Origin: Myxococcota bacterium
Lineage (GTDB): Bacteria; Myxococcota_A; UBA796; SXON01
Length of the DNA stretch: 64,000 nucleotides
Assembly (NCBI GenBank): GCA_040386535.1
Contig: JAZKFH010000003.1
Location: 160,001 to 224,000 of the forward strand
Direction of reading: 5' to 3'
Shown: positions 17,428-25,790 of the stretch, in pieces
How the letters are laid out: each line of letters opens with the position of its first letter
Numbering within the stretch: the stretch's first letter is position 1
Made by a program: the position numbers and the translations under genes
The notes under the pieces: generated by a model
The model's database searches: none
Seen by the model: the letters and a program-made list of their open reading frames with translations, nothing else
What the model was told of the DNA's origin: nothing

Positions 17428-20400
17428 TGTCCCCCTCCGGTTGCGGTGGGATCGGCCTTGATGGACTCGGGCCCGGCGAACGGCACGGCGACGCTGCCCG
17501 CGGCGCCACGCGCTTCCTTGCGCTCCGACGGGTACTCGCTCGGGTATCGCTCATTGAGCGCGATGAGCGCCTTGGTGTTCCACTCGGACCACCGCTTCTC
17601 GCCCTTCGCCTTCTCGAGCGCGGCGACGAGGCGGGACTTGCCGCGGTCCTCCGCCGGGATGCGGAACTGCTCGTCGATCGTGCCGCGGAACAGATCGATC
17701 TCCTCTTCCGTGAGGCCCTTCGGCGGCGGGATGTCGTAGGCGATGTCCGCGAAGGCGAAGTAGGTCATGCCCTGGATGTAGAGCGCCGCCGCGGCGGTGT
17801 CGTAGTCCTGGTAGGTCTGGATGATCTGGACCGCGCCTTCCGTGATGATCTTGAGCTCTTCGGGCTTGGTCTTGAGCAGGATGTCGACGTTCTTGGCTTC
17901 GCTGGAGGTCCACTTGACCGCCTTGAAGCTCTCGTAGCGAGACACGAGCTGCCCGAGCGCACCTTCCGCGGCGAGGCTGCGGGTGCGCGCGGTGAGGCCC
18001 GCCCCCACGGTCGCGCCGTAGGCGCCCTGGACCTGGCTCCAGGACTGCGCGGCCTTGCGCGAGTCACCCCGCTTCTCGTAGATCTTCGCCGTGCGGTACC
18101 AGGCCTCGACGAGGTGGTTGCCGTCCGCGCGGGGGTAGGTCTTGACGTAGCGGGAGTAGAAGTCGAGCGCCTGGGTCTCGCCGACGAGCGCCCATTGGTC
18201 ACCCGCGCGCCAGAACGCGGCCTCGGCATCGGGCTGGCCGGCGTACTCCCGAGCGTACCGCTCGAACGCCCGCGCCGCGCCCGCGTGATCACCGGTGCCG
18301 ACACGGAGGAACGCCGCGTTGAACAGGGCCGCCGGGCTGTACTCGTACTGCGGGAACAGCTTGACGAGCTGCTCGTAGTAGAAGATCGCCTTGTCGAGCT
18401 GCAACGTGGCCGAGTAGCCGTCCGCGATGCGGAAGTAGAGGGCCTTGGCGCGCTCGTCGTCCGGGAACTCGTTGATGTACCGCTCGAACAGCTTGTTCGC
18501 TTCGGTCGCCTTCCCGATGAGCTCGTAGCTGTTGGCCGCGTTGAACAACGCGAGCCGGTAGTACTGCGACTTCGGGAACTCCTGGGTGAACTCGAGGAAG
18601 GCCTTGGCCGCGCTCGCGCGGTCCCCCTTCTCGATGAGCTGGGAGGCCAGGTTGAACTTGGCCTGCTCGTTGATGCCACCGAATTCCGGGTTCATGTCCG
18701 CGTACTCGTCGGTGAGGTCCGCGACCTGCTGGAAGTTCCCCTCGTTCGTGTAGCTGTCGATCATCATCGACGCGGAGTAGCTGGCCTCCTCGGAGGTGCG
18801 GGCCGCGGCGATTATCTTCTGGAGGCGCGGGCGCGCCTCGGCGTAGTGGCCGTGGTTGAACAGGATCTGCGCCGGCAGGTACGCGAACGCCTGGCGGTTC
18901 TTCTCCAACAGCGGCGCCCACTCGGGGTCCGTGAACTCGCGGACGGCGAGATCGTCGCAGCTCTGCATGAACACGCGGTGCTCATCGGAGATCATGTAGC
19001 GGGTGATCTCCTTGCCGAACGTGGTCGTGTCGACACGCTCCACGACGGCGCCGGCGGGCACCTCGACCAGCTTTCCGTACTTGGCCAGGACGATGTTCTC
19101 GCGGGCCTTCATCAGCTGGAAGCGCGCGCCCTCCCGGTAGGGAGAACGGTCGTTCTTCAGGATCTGGATGTACTGCTTCTCGGCCTCGACGAATTGGTTC
19201 GACCCGAAGAGGCCGAGGGCCCGGTACCACTCGTACTCGTTGAAGTCATCCGCGAACGGGAACTTCTCGAGGAAGTCCCCGTACTTCTCGGCAGCCGAGG
19301 CGTAGAGCTCCGGCGAGCCGGTCTTCTGCGCCTCGATGAGGATCCCCGTGGCGACCGTGGCCAGCGAGGTCTCGATGTAGCCGCGCGCCTTGGCGATGGC
19401 CTCGGGGTTCGACTTGTTGGCGTTGTACCAGGCGGTGTCCTCCGTGTAGAGGACGGAGAGAGTCTCCATCGCCTTGGCCGAGCTCTCGAGGTCGACGAGG
19501 CCCATCTTCTTGCCGTAGATCTGGGAGATCTCGTACTGGTAGACGGGGTTCTCGGGATCGAGCGGCCACTTCTGCTGGAGGTACTCGTACGTGGCGATCG
19601 ACGACTCGAACTTGGCCTGCAGCAGCAGGATCTCCGCGAGCCGCTCGATGACGTCGTGTTGCCACTTCTTCTCGCCGAGGCGGTTGAGGTGCGCCGTGGC
19701 GACCTCGACCGCGCCCTTGCCCTGGCGATCGGCGATGTCGGCGTACGAGATGGCGAGGTACTCGACCGCCTCGGGCCGCATCGTCGAGACCTTTCCGGTC
19801 TCGATGAACTGGGCGTCGCTGTAGTCGAGCAGCTTTACGAGGTACCCGAGGGCCTCGTCGTACTCGTTGACCTTGTAGTGCGACCAGCCGAGCTTGTAGA
19901 TGGACTCGTCGTAGTTGCGACCGTCGGGACCGTCGGCGAGCACGGCCTTGTAGTAGCCGATGGCCGTGGCGACGTAGGCGGTCGGGTTCTCGCGAGGGCC
20001 GGTCAGGTCGAAGTAGTACTCGCCGAGCCGCATGTTGGCGTCGTTCGAGAAGGGCGACCCGGGAAACCGGCTGACGATGGTGAGGTAGACGTCACGCGCC
20101 GCGTCGGGATCGTACTGCTCGCCGTTCTGGGCGGAGTAGCACCAGGCCAACATGTAGTAGGTGTCGGCGAGGTTCTCGTAGGTCGGGTACTGGGCGATGA
20201 GCCTCTTGTACAGGTCCATCGAGCGCGTGTAGTTCTTGAGCGGCGGCGGCGGCAGGGCCAGTGTCGGGTTCTGCTCGAGCTGGGCCTCGAGGCGGCCGTA
20301 GTCCTCCATCTGGGCGGCGAACGAGACCTCGGTTTCCTCGAAGTACAGGTCCGCGAGGCGGAACAGCATGTCCGCCGTGTGGGGGGACGTCGGGTACTTC

Positions 20401-20792
20401 TGGAGGAAGGCCTCGATCCGCGCGATCGCCACGCGCCGGAGCGCCGCCTCGGAGTCCTCCGCGCGCTGGATGGCGTTGCCGTAACCGGACGAGATCTTGG
20501 CGCGCTCTTCGGCCTCGTACGTGTCGAGGATGCTCCGCGTGTCGGCCTGGAGCTCCTTCATGCGCGAGGTGTAGCGCTCCAGCGTGTCCTGGAACGTGGC
20601 CCACTCTTGCGGATCGGACGGGCCGGTGACCGCGTCGGCTGTGACCGGATCCGCGGTGATCGGATCGACGGCGACCGGATTCACGGTGACCGGCGCGGCG
20701 GGCACCGGGTCCGTGGTGGCCGGGTCCGCGGCGAAGGCGGCCGACGAGACCAGGGCCAGCGCGAGCGGAAGGGGAAGCATCGGCTTTCTCAT
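17424..20792 (-). CDS. Large periplasmic TPR protein, GltD/AgmU-like
   Basis: 1122 aa; signal peptide; DMLFRLADLYFE, IYKLGWSHYK, ALFNAA repeats; C-terminal SEW..KAL..LNERYP. Confidence 0.82.
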   Translation of the reverse strand: MRKPMLPLPLALALVSSAAFAADPATTDPVPAAPVTVNPVAVDPITADPVTADAVTGPSDPQEWATFQDTLERYTSRMKELQADTRSILDTYEAEERAKISSGYGNAIQRAEDSEAALRRVAIARIEAFLQKYPTSPHTADMLFRLADLYFEETEVSFAAQMEDYGRLEAQLEQNPTLALPPPPLKNYTRSMDLYKRLIAQYPTYENLADTYYMLAWCYSAQNGEQYDPDAARDVYLTIVSRFPGSPFSNDANMRLGEYYFDLTGPRENPTAYVATAIGYYKAVLADGPDGRNYDESIYKLGWSHYKVNEYDEALGYLVKLLDYSDAQFIETGKVSTMRPEAVEYLAISYADIADRQGKGAVEVATAHLNRLGEKKWQHDVIERLAEILLLQAKFESSIATYEYLQQKWPLDPENPVYQYEISQIYGKKMGLVDLESSAKAMETLSVLYTEDTAWYNANKSNPEAIAKARGYIETSLATVATGILIEAQKTGSPELYASAAEKYGDFLEKFPFADDFNEYEWYRALGLFGSNQFVEAEKQYIQILKNDRSPYREGARFQLMKARENIVLAKYGKLVEVPAGAVVERVDTTTFGKEITRYMISDEHRVFMQSCDDLAVREFTDPEWAPLLEKNRQAFAYLPAQILFNHGHYAEARPRLQKIIAAARTSEEASYSASMMIDSYTNEGNFQQVADLTDEYADMNPEFGGINEQAKFNLASQLIEKGDRASAAKAFLEFTQEFPKSQYYRLALFNAANSYELIGKATEANKLFERYINEFPDDERAKALYFRIADGYSATLQLDKAIFYYEQLVKLFPQYEYSPAALFNAAFLRVGTGDHAGAARAFERYAREYAGQPDAEAAFWRAGDQWALVGETQALDFYSRYVKTYPRADGNHLVEAWYRTAKIYEKRGDSRKAAQSWSQVQGAYGATVGAGLTARTRSLAAEGALGQLVSRYESFKAVKWTSSEAKNVDILLKTKPEELKIITEGAVQIIQTYQDYDTAAAALYIQGMTYFAFADIAYDIPPPKGLTEEEIDLFRGTIDEQFRIPAEDRGKSRLVAALEKAKGEKRWSEWNTKALIALNERYPSEYPSERKEARGAAGSVAVPFAGPESIKADPTATGGGQ

Positions 20793-23212
20793 CGGTCGAG
20801 ATTCTCCCGGACGATCCGGAATTGATCGTCCAGCTCACGTAGCAGCAGGGCCTGCTCCTTCCCGAGGGCGGTCATCTCGTCTGACACAGCCGTCTTGCGA
20901 AGCCAGTACACGTCCACGATCCCCTTGTCGGCCTCGAGGACATCGGCGCGGAACTCGGTCTCCAGGTCGCGAATGCCGGAGCGCACGGCCTTGAGGGCCA
21001 CCGCCTCCGCCTCGGCCGACTCCCGGATGATGTCGCGCCGCAGCTCGATCACGCGTTGTGCCTCGCGGGCCAGACGGGTGCGCACCGCGCTGACCTCCTT
21101 GGCCTCCGCGGAGGCCAGGACACGCGACGTTTCTTCGGTGTTCCGCTCGAGCATGTCCACCGCGGCCCACACCTGGTCGATCTGTGCGTAGACCGACGAG
21201 GCATCCGGATCGGTCACGTTCGCCCGCGTCTCCCGAAGGCGACGGTGCAGATCGGTGTACCGCGCCACGATGGCGGTGCGCCGGGTGTCGTCCACGCTCT
21301 GCGTGGGCGCGACGACCGTGCGCATCACGCGCTTGCGGACGACCTCGCCCTGGAGGGCCTCCAGCTCGCCGAGCGCGGCGTCCAGCTCACGCTGCTGGGT
21401 CACGATGGAGGCGCGGACCTTGTCCGCCTCGGTGACGGACAGCTTGCTCTGCCCGACCTGATCGGCGGTCGAGGACGCGAGCGCCTTGGCCTCGAGGGCC
21501 ACCTGGGAGAGGCGGAAGGCGCGCTGCTGCACCTCGCGCACCTGGTCCTCGAAGGTCTCGGTGCGGTCCGAGGAGAGGTTCGTCGAGGCGTCGATCTCCG
21601 TGACGGAGGCCAGCACCGACGTGCGCTCCTTCTGGATCTGCTGCAGATCGGCGCGGTACTGGGAGGGCACGCGCGTGCGCATCCAGGTGGCCTCGGCGTC
21701 GAGCAGGCGGTCCCGCATGGAGAGGGCTGCGCCACGAATGCCGTCGACCTCCTGACGCGCGACCACGAACCCCCCGAGGAGCTCGCCGCCGCCCGAGAGG
21801 GCCAGCTCGAGATCCTTGACGATGCGCTCGCTCAATTCGAGCTCGGCCTTCTGCGACTCGACGGTGCGCCAGGCGGTTGCCGCGCGCGCCACGTCCTCGT
21901 CGCCGAGGAGCATGCCCATCGCGAACGGAGGGAGCCGCTCGGAGAGCCCGGACTCGCCCCCGGTCGCGCCTTCGAGGAGGCGGCGGAGCTGGTCCGCCCC
22001 GGTCACCGCGTCGAGGCGCGCCACCAAGGGCGTGTACTCGTCGATTACGCGCTCGTAGGCGACCCGGGCGTCCTCGTAGGACTCCAGCTTCATCTGGAGA
22101 TGGCCCTGGAGGAGCTTCAGATCGGCGGCGTACCGGTGCTCTGGGTACTTGTCGAGGAAGATCGCGACCTGGCTGAGCGCCGCGGTCCACCACTCACGGG
22201 CCTCGGCCTCGGCCTTGTCCGACAGGTCCTTGGCCGCGACCATCTCGGCAGGCGACTGGCGCGGCCGGAGCGTCGTGATCTTCTCGCTGTCCGGGAGCAC
22301 GTTGTTGGCCTGCTTCACGAACGTCCACACCGACTCGAAGAGCTGGTCGGCGTAGTAGGGCGACGTTCCCGGGATCTTTCCGTACCAGACGCTGGCCTGG
22401 GCGAAGTCGCCGGTCTCGTAGTGGAGGCGCGCCAACGCGAGCTGCGAAAGCTCCAGGATCTGCTGCTGGTCGGGATCCGAGGGGACCACCGCCTGCACCT
22501 TCTGGAACTCGTCGATGGCCTGCTTGTAGTTCTTCTCGCGGATCATCAAGACCCCGAGGAAGTAGCGGGCGCGGCCGTAGTAGGGGCTGGTCGCCGCGAG
22601 CGACTCGAACATGCCCTTCGCGCGGTTGAACTCGCTACGGCGATAGAACGACTTCGCCAGGGTGTAGCTGATGAGCTCGGTCGTCGGCACCTTTCCGGTG
22701 ACGATGAAGTCGTTGTAGTAGCGGTCGAAGCGCTCGGTGTCGCCGACGATTCCGTACACCTCGAGGAGGCGACGAATCGCGTCCGGGAAGTACGGGTGGG
22801 GCGCACCCTTCTCGGCGATCGAGCGGTAGGCTTCTTCCGCGGTGCGGTAGTTGCCGAGCTCGAAGAGACACTCGGCGAGGTACCACTCCGAGTCCCGCGC
22901 GAGGTCCATGTTCCCGAGCGAGCGGGACTGGACCAGGATGTAGAAGGACGTGGCCGCGGCCTCGTAGTCCTTCACCAGGAACAGGTAGACCGCGTCCTCG
23001 TAGCGCTCCCGCGCCTCGCCGACGCCAATGAGGCCGGAGCGCTCGGTGAAGTTGCGACGGATCTCCTCCGACTGCTTCTGCAGCGAGGACGCCTCCGACT
23101 CGAGGTCGCGCAGGCGATCGGGCGGGGCTTTCTCGGCGGCGACGCTGGTGAGCGGCGCGACGAGCAGAGCCAGGACCAGACCGATGCGCGCGGCGCTACC
23201 GCTGCTCGGCAT
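20789..23212 (-). CDS. Periplasmic TPR plus coiled-coil protein
   Basis: Signal peptide; CpoB/BamD-like TPRs (WYLAECLF, ARYFLGV, LALARLHYE); coiled-coil C-terminus with ADKGIVDVYW. Confidence 0.8.
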   Translation of the reverse strand: MPSSGSAARIGLVLALLVAPLTSVAAEKAPPDRLRDLESEASSLQKQSEEIRRNFTERSGLIGVGEARERYEDAVYLFLVKDYEAAATSFYILVQSRSLGNMDLARDSEWYLAECLFELGNYRTAEEAYRSIAEKGAPHPYFPDAIRRLLEVYGIVGDTERFDRYYNDFIVTGKVPTTELISYTLAKSFYRRSEFNRAKGMFESLAATSPYYGRARYFLGVLMIREKNYKQAIDEFQKVQAVVPSDPDQQQILELSQLALARLHYETGDFAQASVWYGKIPGTSPYYADQLFESVWTFVKQANNVLPDSEKITTLRPRQSPAEMVAAKDLSDKAEAEAREWWTAALSQVAIFLDKYPEHRYAADLKLLQGHLQMKLESYEDARVAYERVIDEYTPLVARLDAVTGADQLRRLLEGATGGESGLSERLPPFAMGMLLGDEDVARAATAWRTVESQKAELELSERIVKDLELALSGGGELLGGFVVARQEVDGIRGAALSMRDRLLDAEATWMRTRVPSQYRADLQQIQKERTSVLASVTEIDASTNLSSDRTETFEDQVREVQQRAFRLSQVALEAKALASSTADQVGQSKLSVTEADKVRASIVTQQRELDAALGELEALQGEVVRKRVMRTVVAPTQSVDDTRRTAIVARYTDLHRRLRETRANVTDPDASSVYAQIDQVWAAVDMLERNTEETSRVLASAEAKEVSAVRTRLAREAQRVIELRRDIIRESAEAEAVALKAVRSGIRDLETEFRADVLEADKGIVDVYWLRKTAVSDEMTALGKEQALLLRELDDQFRIVRENLDR

Positions 23213-23849
23213 CGGAGATCCGCTCGCACTTCAGCTCGAAGTCCACCCGGGCGCGCTCGTCGAAGCTGCTGGCGGCGCCGCCCTTGTCGGTGAGGACGCT
23301 GCGCACGGTGCAGGCCTTCCCCAGCTCCGCCTCGAAGGCGTAGTTGCTCCGAACGTCGATCTCGTAGTTCTTGGCGTAGCTGAAGACGCCGAAGCCCGTG
23401 GGCCGGATCTTGAAGTCGACCGAGAGGTTGTGGCTCCCGGGCGGGATCGCGCCCTCGCTGATCTTGAACTCGCGGGTCTCGTTCAGGCTGCCGTTCGGAT
23501 CGGTCTTGCTGAACTTGCTCTGCCCGTCGAGCAGGTAGGTGACGCTCTCCAGCTTGAAGCCACCACCCAGGCGGTTCACGTGCCACACCGTGGCACGGGC
23601 GCCCGTGGAGGCCCCCTGGATGACGATCTCCTTGAGCAATTGGAGCGTGGCCTTGGAGCGGAAGACCCGCTCCTTCAGACCGTCGACCTGCTCCTCGACG
23701 TTGAGGAGCTCGCGGTTGAAGTCACCCACGTCCTCCGTCGCAGCCATCTCGAGCGGCACTTCGGTCACTGCCGCACCGTCCTCGGCGAGCGCGGTGGCGC
23801 TCCCGATTCCGAGCCCAATCACGACGGCCCACCAGCGATTACGAAGCAT
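23196..23849 (-). CDS. Secreted hypothetical protein (coiled coil plus beta-sandwich) heading the TPR cluster
   Basis: ATG 23849; signal peptide; VDGLKERVFRSKATLQLLKE; YLLDG; GFGVFSY; stop overlaps next start. Confidence 0.75.
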   Translation of the reverse strand: MLRNRWWAVVIGLGIGSATALAEDGAAVTEVPLEMAATEDVGDFNRELLNVEEQVDGLKERVFRSKATLQLLKEIVIQGASTGARATVWHVNRLGGGFKLESVTYLLDGQSKFSKTDPNGSLNETREFKISEGAIPPGSHNLSVDFKIRPTGFGVFSYAKNYEIDVRSNYAFEAELGKACTVRSVLTDKGGAASSFDERARVDFELKCERISDAEQR

Positions 23850-23942
23850 TCGATGTTCTCCCGCGATCGGTGGCGCCGACCATACACGACCGCCCACCTA
23901 CCGTGTCAATGATGAGCCCGCCAACGAGACTGCCGGCCGCCC

Positions 23943-25520
23943 TCACGGGACGGAAAGCTCTGCCTCCGCGCCGTCGGCCACGTTCCCCGTCGTACCCGCC
24001 ACGGTGAGGACGAGACGATCGTGGGCCTTCCGCGCCCGGGACAACGCGCCGTCAATCTCGTTGACCAGGAAGGTGAAGGCATACACTTCGTCGTCCGCCG
24101 CGTGTACATAGCCAGCGAGGCAATGAACACCAGAAAGCGTGCCTGTCTTGCCCCTTACACGCCCGGCCATCCCCTCTTCGCGGTACCGCGACCAAAGAGT
24201 TCCATCGCGCCCGCCCACCGAGAGGCTGGTCACGTACTCGGGGCCCACGTCGGGGCTGCGGTACATGTCGAGCAGCACGGCGTTGACGGCGCTCGGGCGG
24301 AGCATCACGTCGCGGGAAAGCCCCGAACCGTTCACCAGGCGGTACTGATCGGCGGGTACGCCGAGGCTGCCCAGGTAGTCCGCGACGACGCGCAGACCGT
24401 TCTCCGTCGTACCGGGAAGGCCGTACCGCTCCGCGCCCATCGAGCGGAGCATTTGTTCGGCCATGAAGTTGTTCGAGTGCTTGCTCGTCGTCGCGACGAT
24501 CTCGGCGAGCGACACGGAATCCACCCGGTGGAGGAGCGTTGCGTCCTTCGCGGCGACGCCCGCGCGGAACCGACCCTTCACCTTGATCCCCTGCTGCTTG
24601 AACACCGCCTGCATCGCGCCCATGTAGTTGCCGAGCGGATCGGCGAGCGTACGATAGTAGAGGTCGGGCTCGCTCCCGGCGGGGACGCTCCCCGTCAGGG
24701 TGAATGTGGTGATCTTTTGTGTCTCCTCATCCAGGGCGCGCTCGATCTTGACCCACTTGCGGCTGTTCTTCGACCCGGTGACGATCTTGTTCTCCAGGAC
24801 GATGGCGGGGGTCGGGAAGTCGAACTCGGCGACGGCGGCCTGCCCCGATCCCGCACCGGGGCGGACGAGGATGGTGGCGACGTTGAAGTTGACGGAGAGC
24901 GCGCCGAGGGTCGCGAAGTAGGTCGGGCCGCTCTCGACGTCCTCCTCCTTGTCCCAGCCGGGGATGAGGGTGGTGCCGACGAAGTACCCATCGTCGAACA
25001 CGATGTCGCCCTTCACTTCCTTGAGGCCGCGCACCTTCAGGTCCTGCGCGAGGCGCCACATGCGCTCGACGACCATCGTTGGATCGCCCTGCCCCTTCAC
25101 GAACAGGTCCCCTGCCAGGACTCCGTCCGCGCCGAGCTCGCCACCCTTCATGATCCAGGTGGGGAAATGATAGTTGGGCCCAAGCGTCCGCAGCGCCGCC
25201 GCCGTCGTGAGCAACTTCATCGTGCTCGCCGGCACGAGCGGCTTGTCGTCGCCCCAGGCGAAGACCTCCTCCCCGGTCCGCACGTTCACCACCTGCACAC
25301 TCACGGCCGCGTCGGTGAAGATCGGGTCCTGGGAGAGCGGCTCCAACGCGGACTCGAGCGGAGAGCCCCGCAACGCGCCCGAGAGCGTGGCCGGGAGCGA
25401 CGCGGCGGCGCCCACCGTCTCGGGTGATCCGGGCGCCGCCGACGGCGCGCTGCCGCCGTCTTGCGCGAACGCGGGCAGGGCGAGGGCGATGAGCAGGGCG
25501 AGGCTCTGCGGAAGGCGCAT
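23943..25520 (-). CDS. dacB: D-Ala-D-Ala carboxypeptidase/endopeptidase (peptidase S13, PBP4)
   Basis: PASTMK (SxxK), GQGDPT, HSNN (SxN), NGSGLSR, GKTGTL. Confidence 0.95.
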   Translation of the reverse strand: MRLPQSLALLIALALPAFAQDGGSAPSAAPGSPETVGAAASLPATLSGALRGSPLESALEPLSQDPIFTDAAVSVQVVNVRTGEEVFAWGDDKPLVPASTMKLLTTAAALRTLGPNYHFPTWIMKGGELGADGVLAGDLFVKGQGDPTMVVERMWRLAQDLKVRGLKEVKGDIVFDDGYFVGTTLIPGWDKEEDVESGPTYFATLGALSVNFNVATILVRPGAGSGQAAVAEFDFPTPAIVLENKIVTGSKNSRKWVKIERALDEETQKITTFTLTGSVPAGSEPDLYYRTLADPLGNYMGAMQAVFKQQGIKVKGRFRAGVAAKDATLLHRVDSVSLAEIVATTSKHSNNFMAEQMLRSMGAERYGLPGTTENGLRVVADYLGSLGVPADQYRLVNGSGLSRDVMLRPSAVNAVLLDMYRSPDVGPEYVTSLSVGGRDGTLWSRYREEGMAGRVRGKTGTLSGVHCLAGYVHAADDEVYAFTFLVNEIDGALSRARKAHDRLVLTVAGTTGNVADGAEAELSVP

Positions 25521-25790
25521 GGGGTACCCAGGGGGAGTCGCTCCGATGAGTCTGACACCGGGGCGTGAGGAGATCGGGAGGGAAATGTGGCGGGAGGCCC
25601 ACAATCTTCCCGTGACTTTGGCGGCTGCGCAAGAAGTTGAAGTAAAAAAGAAGACATGCGGGCGATTTGCTCAAGACGCGTCGAGAGACACTCTTGCGCG
25701 CCAGGCGGGCACGGCCACGGAGACGACCGGCGCGGTCACGCCTCCGTCCCCCGACCGGGCAGTTATTATCGCGCTCGCTTCGGAGCCTCG

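Noticed and set aside
23196..23849. Enzyme label (dihydrolipoamide acetyltransferase) that I recall being attached to similar proteins
   Set aside because: No lipoyl or acyltransferase motifs; the protein has a signal peptide
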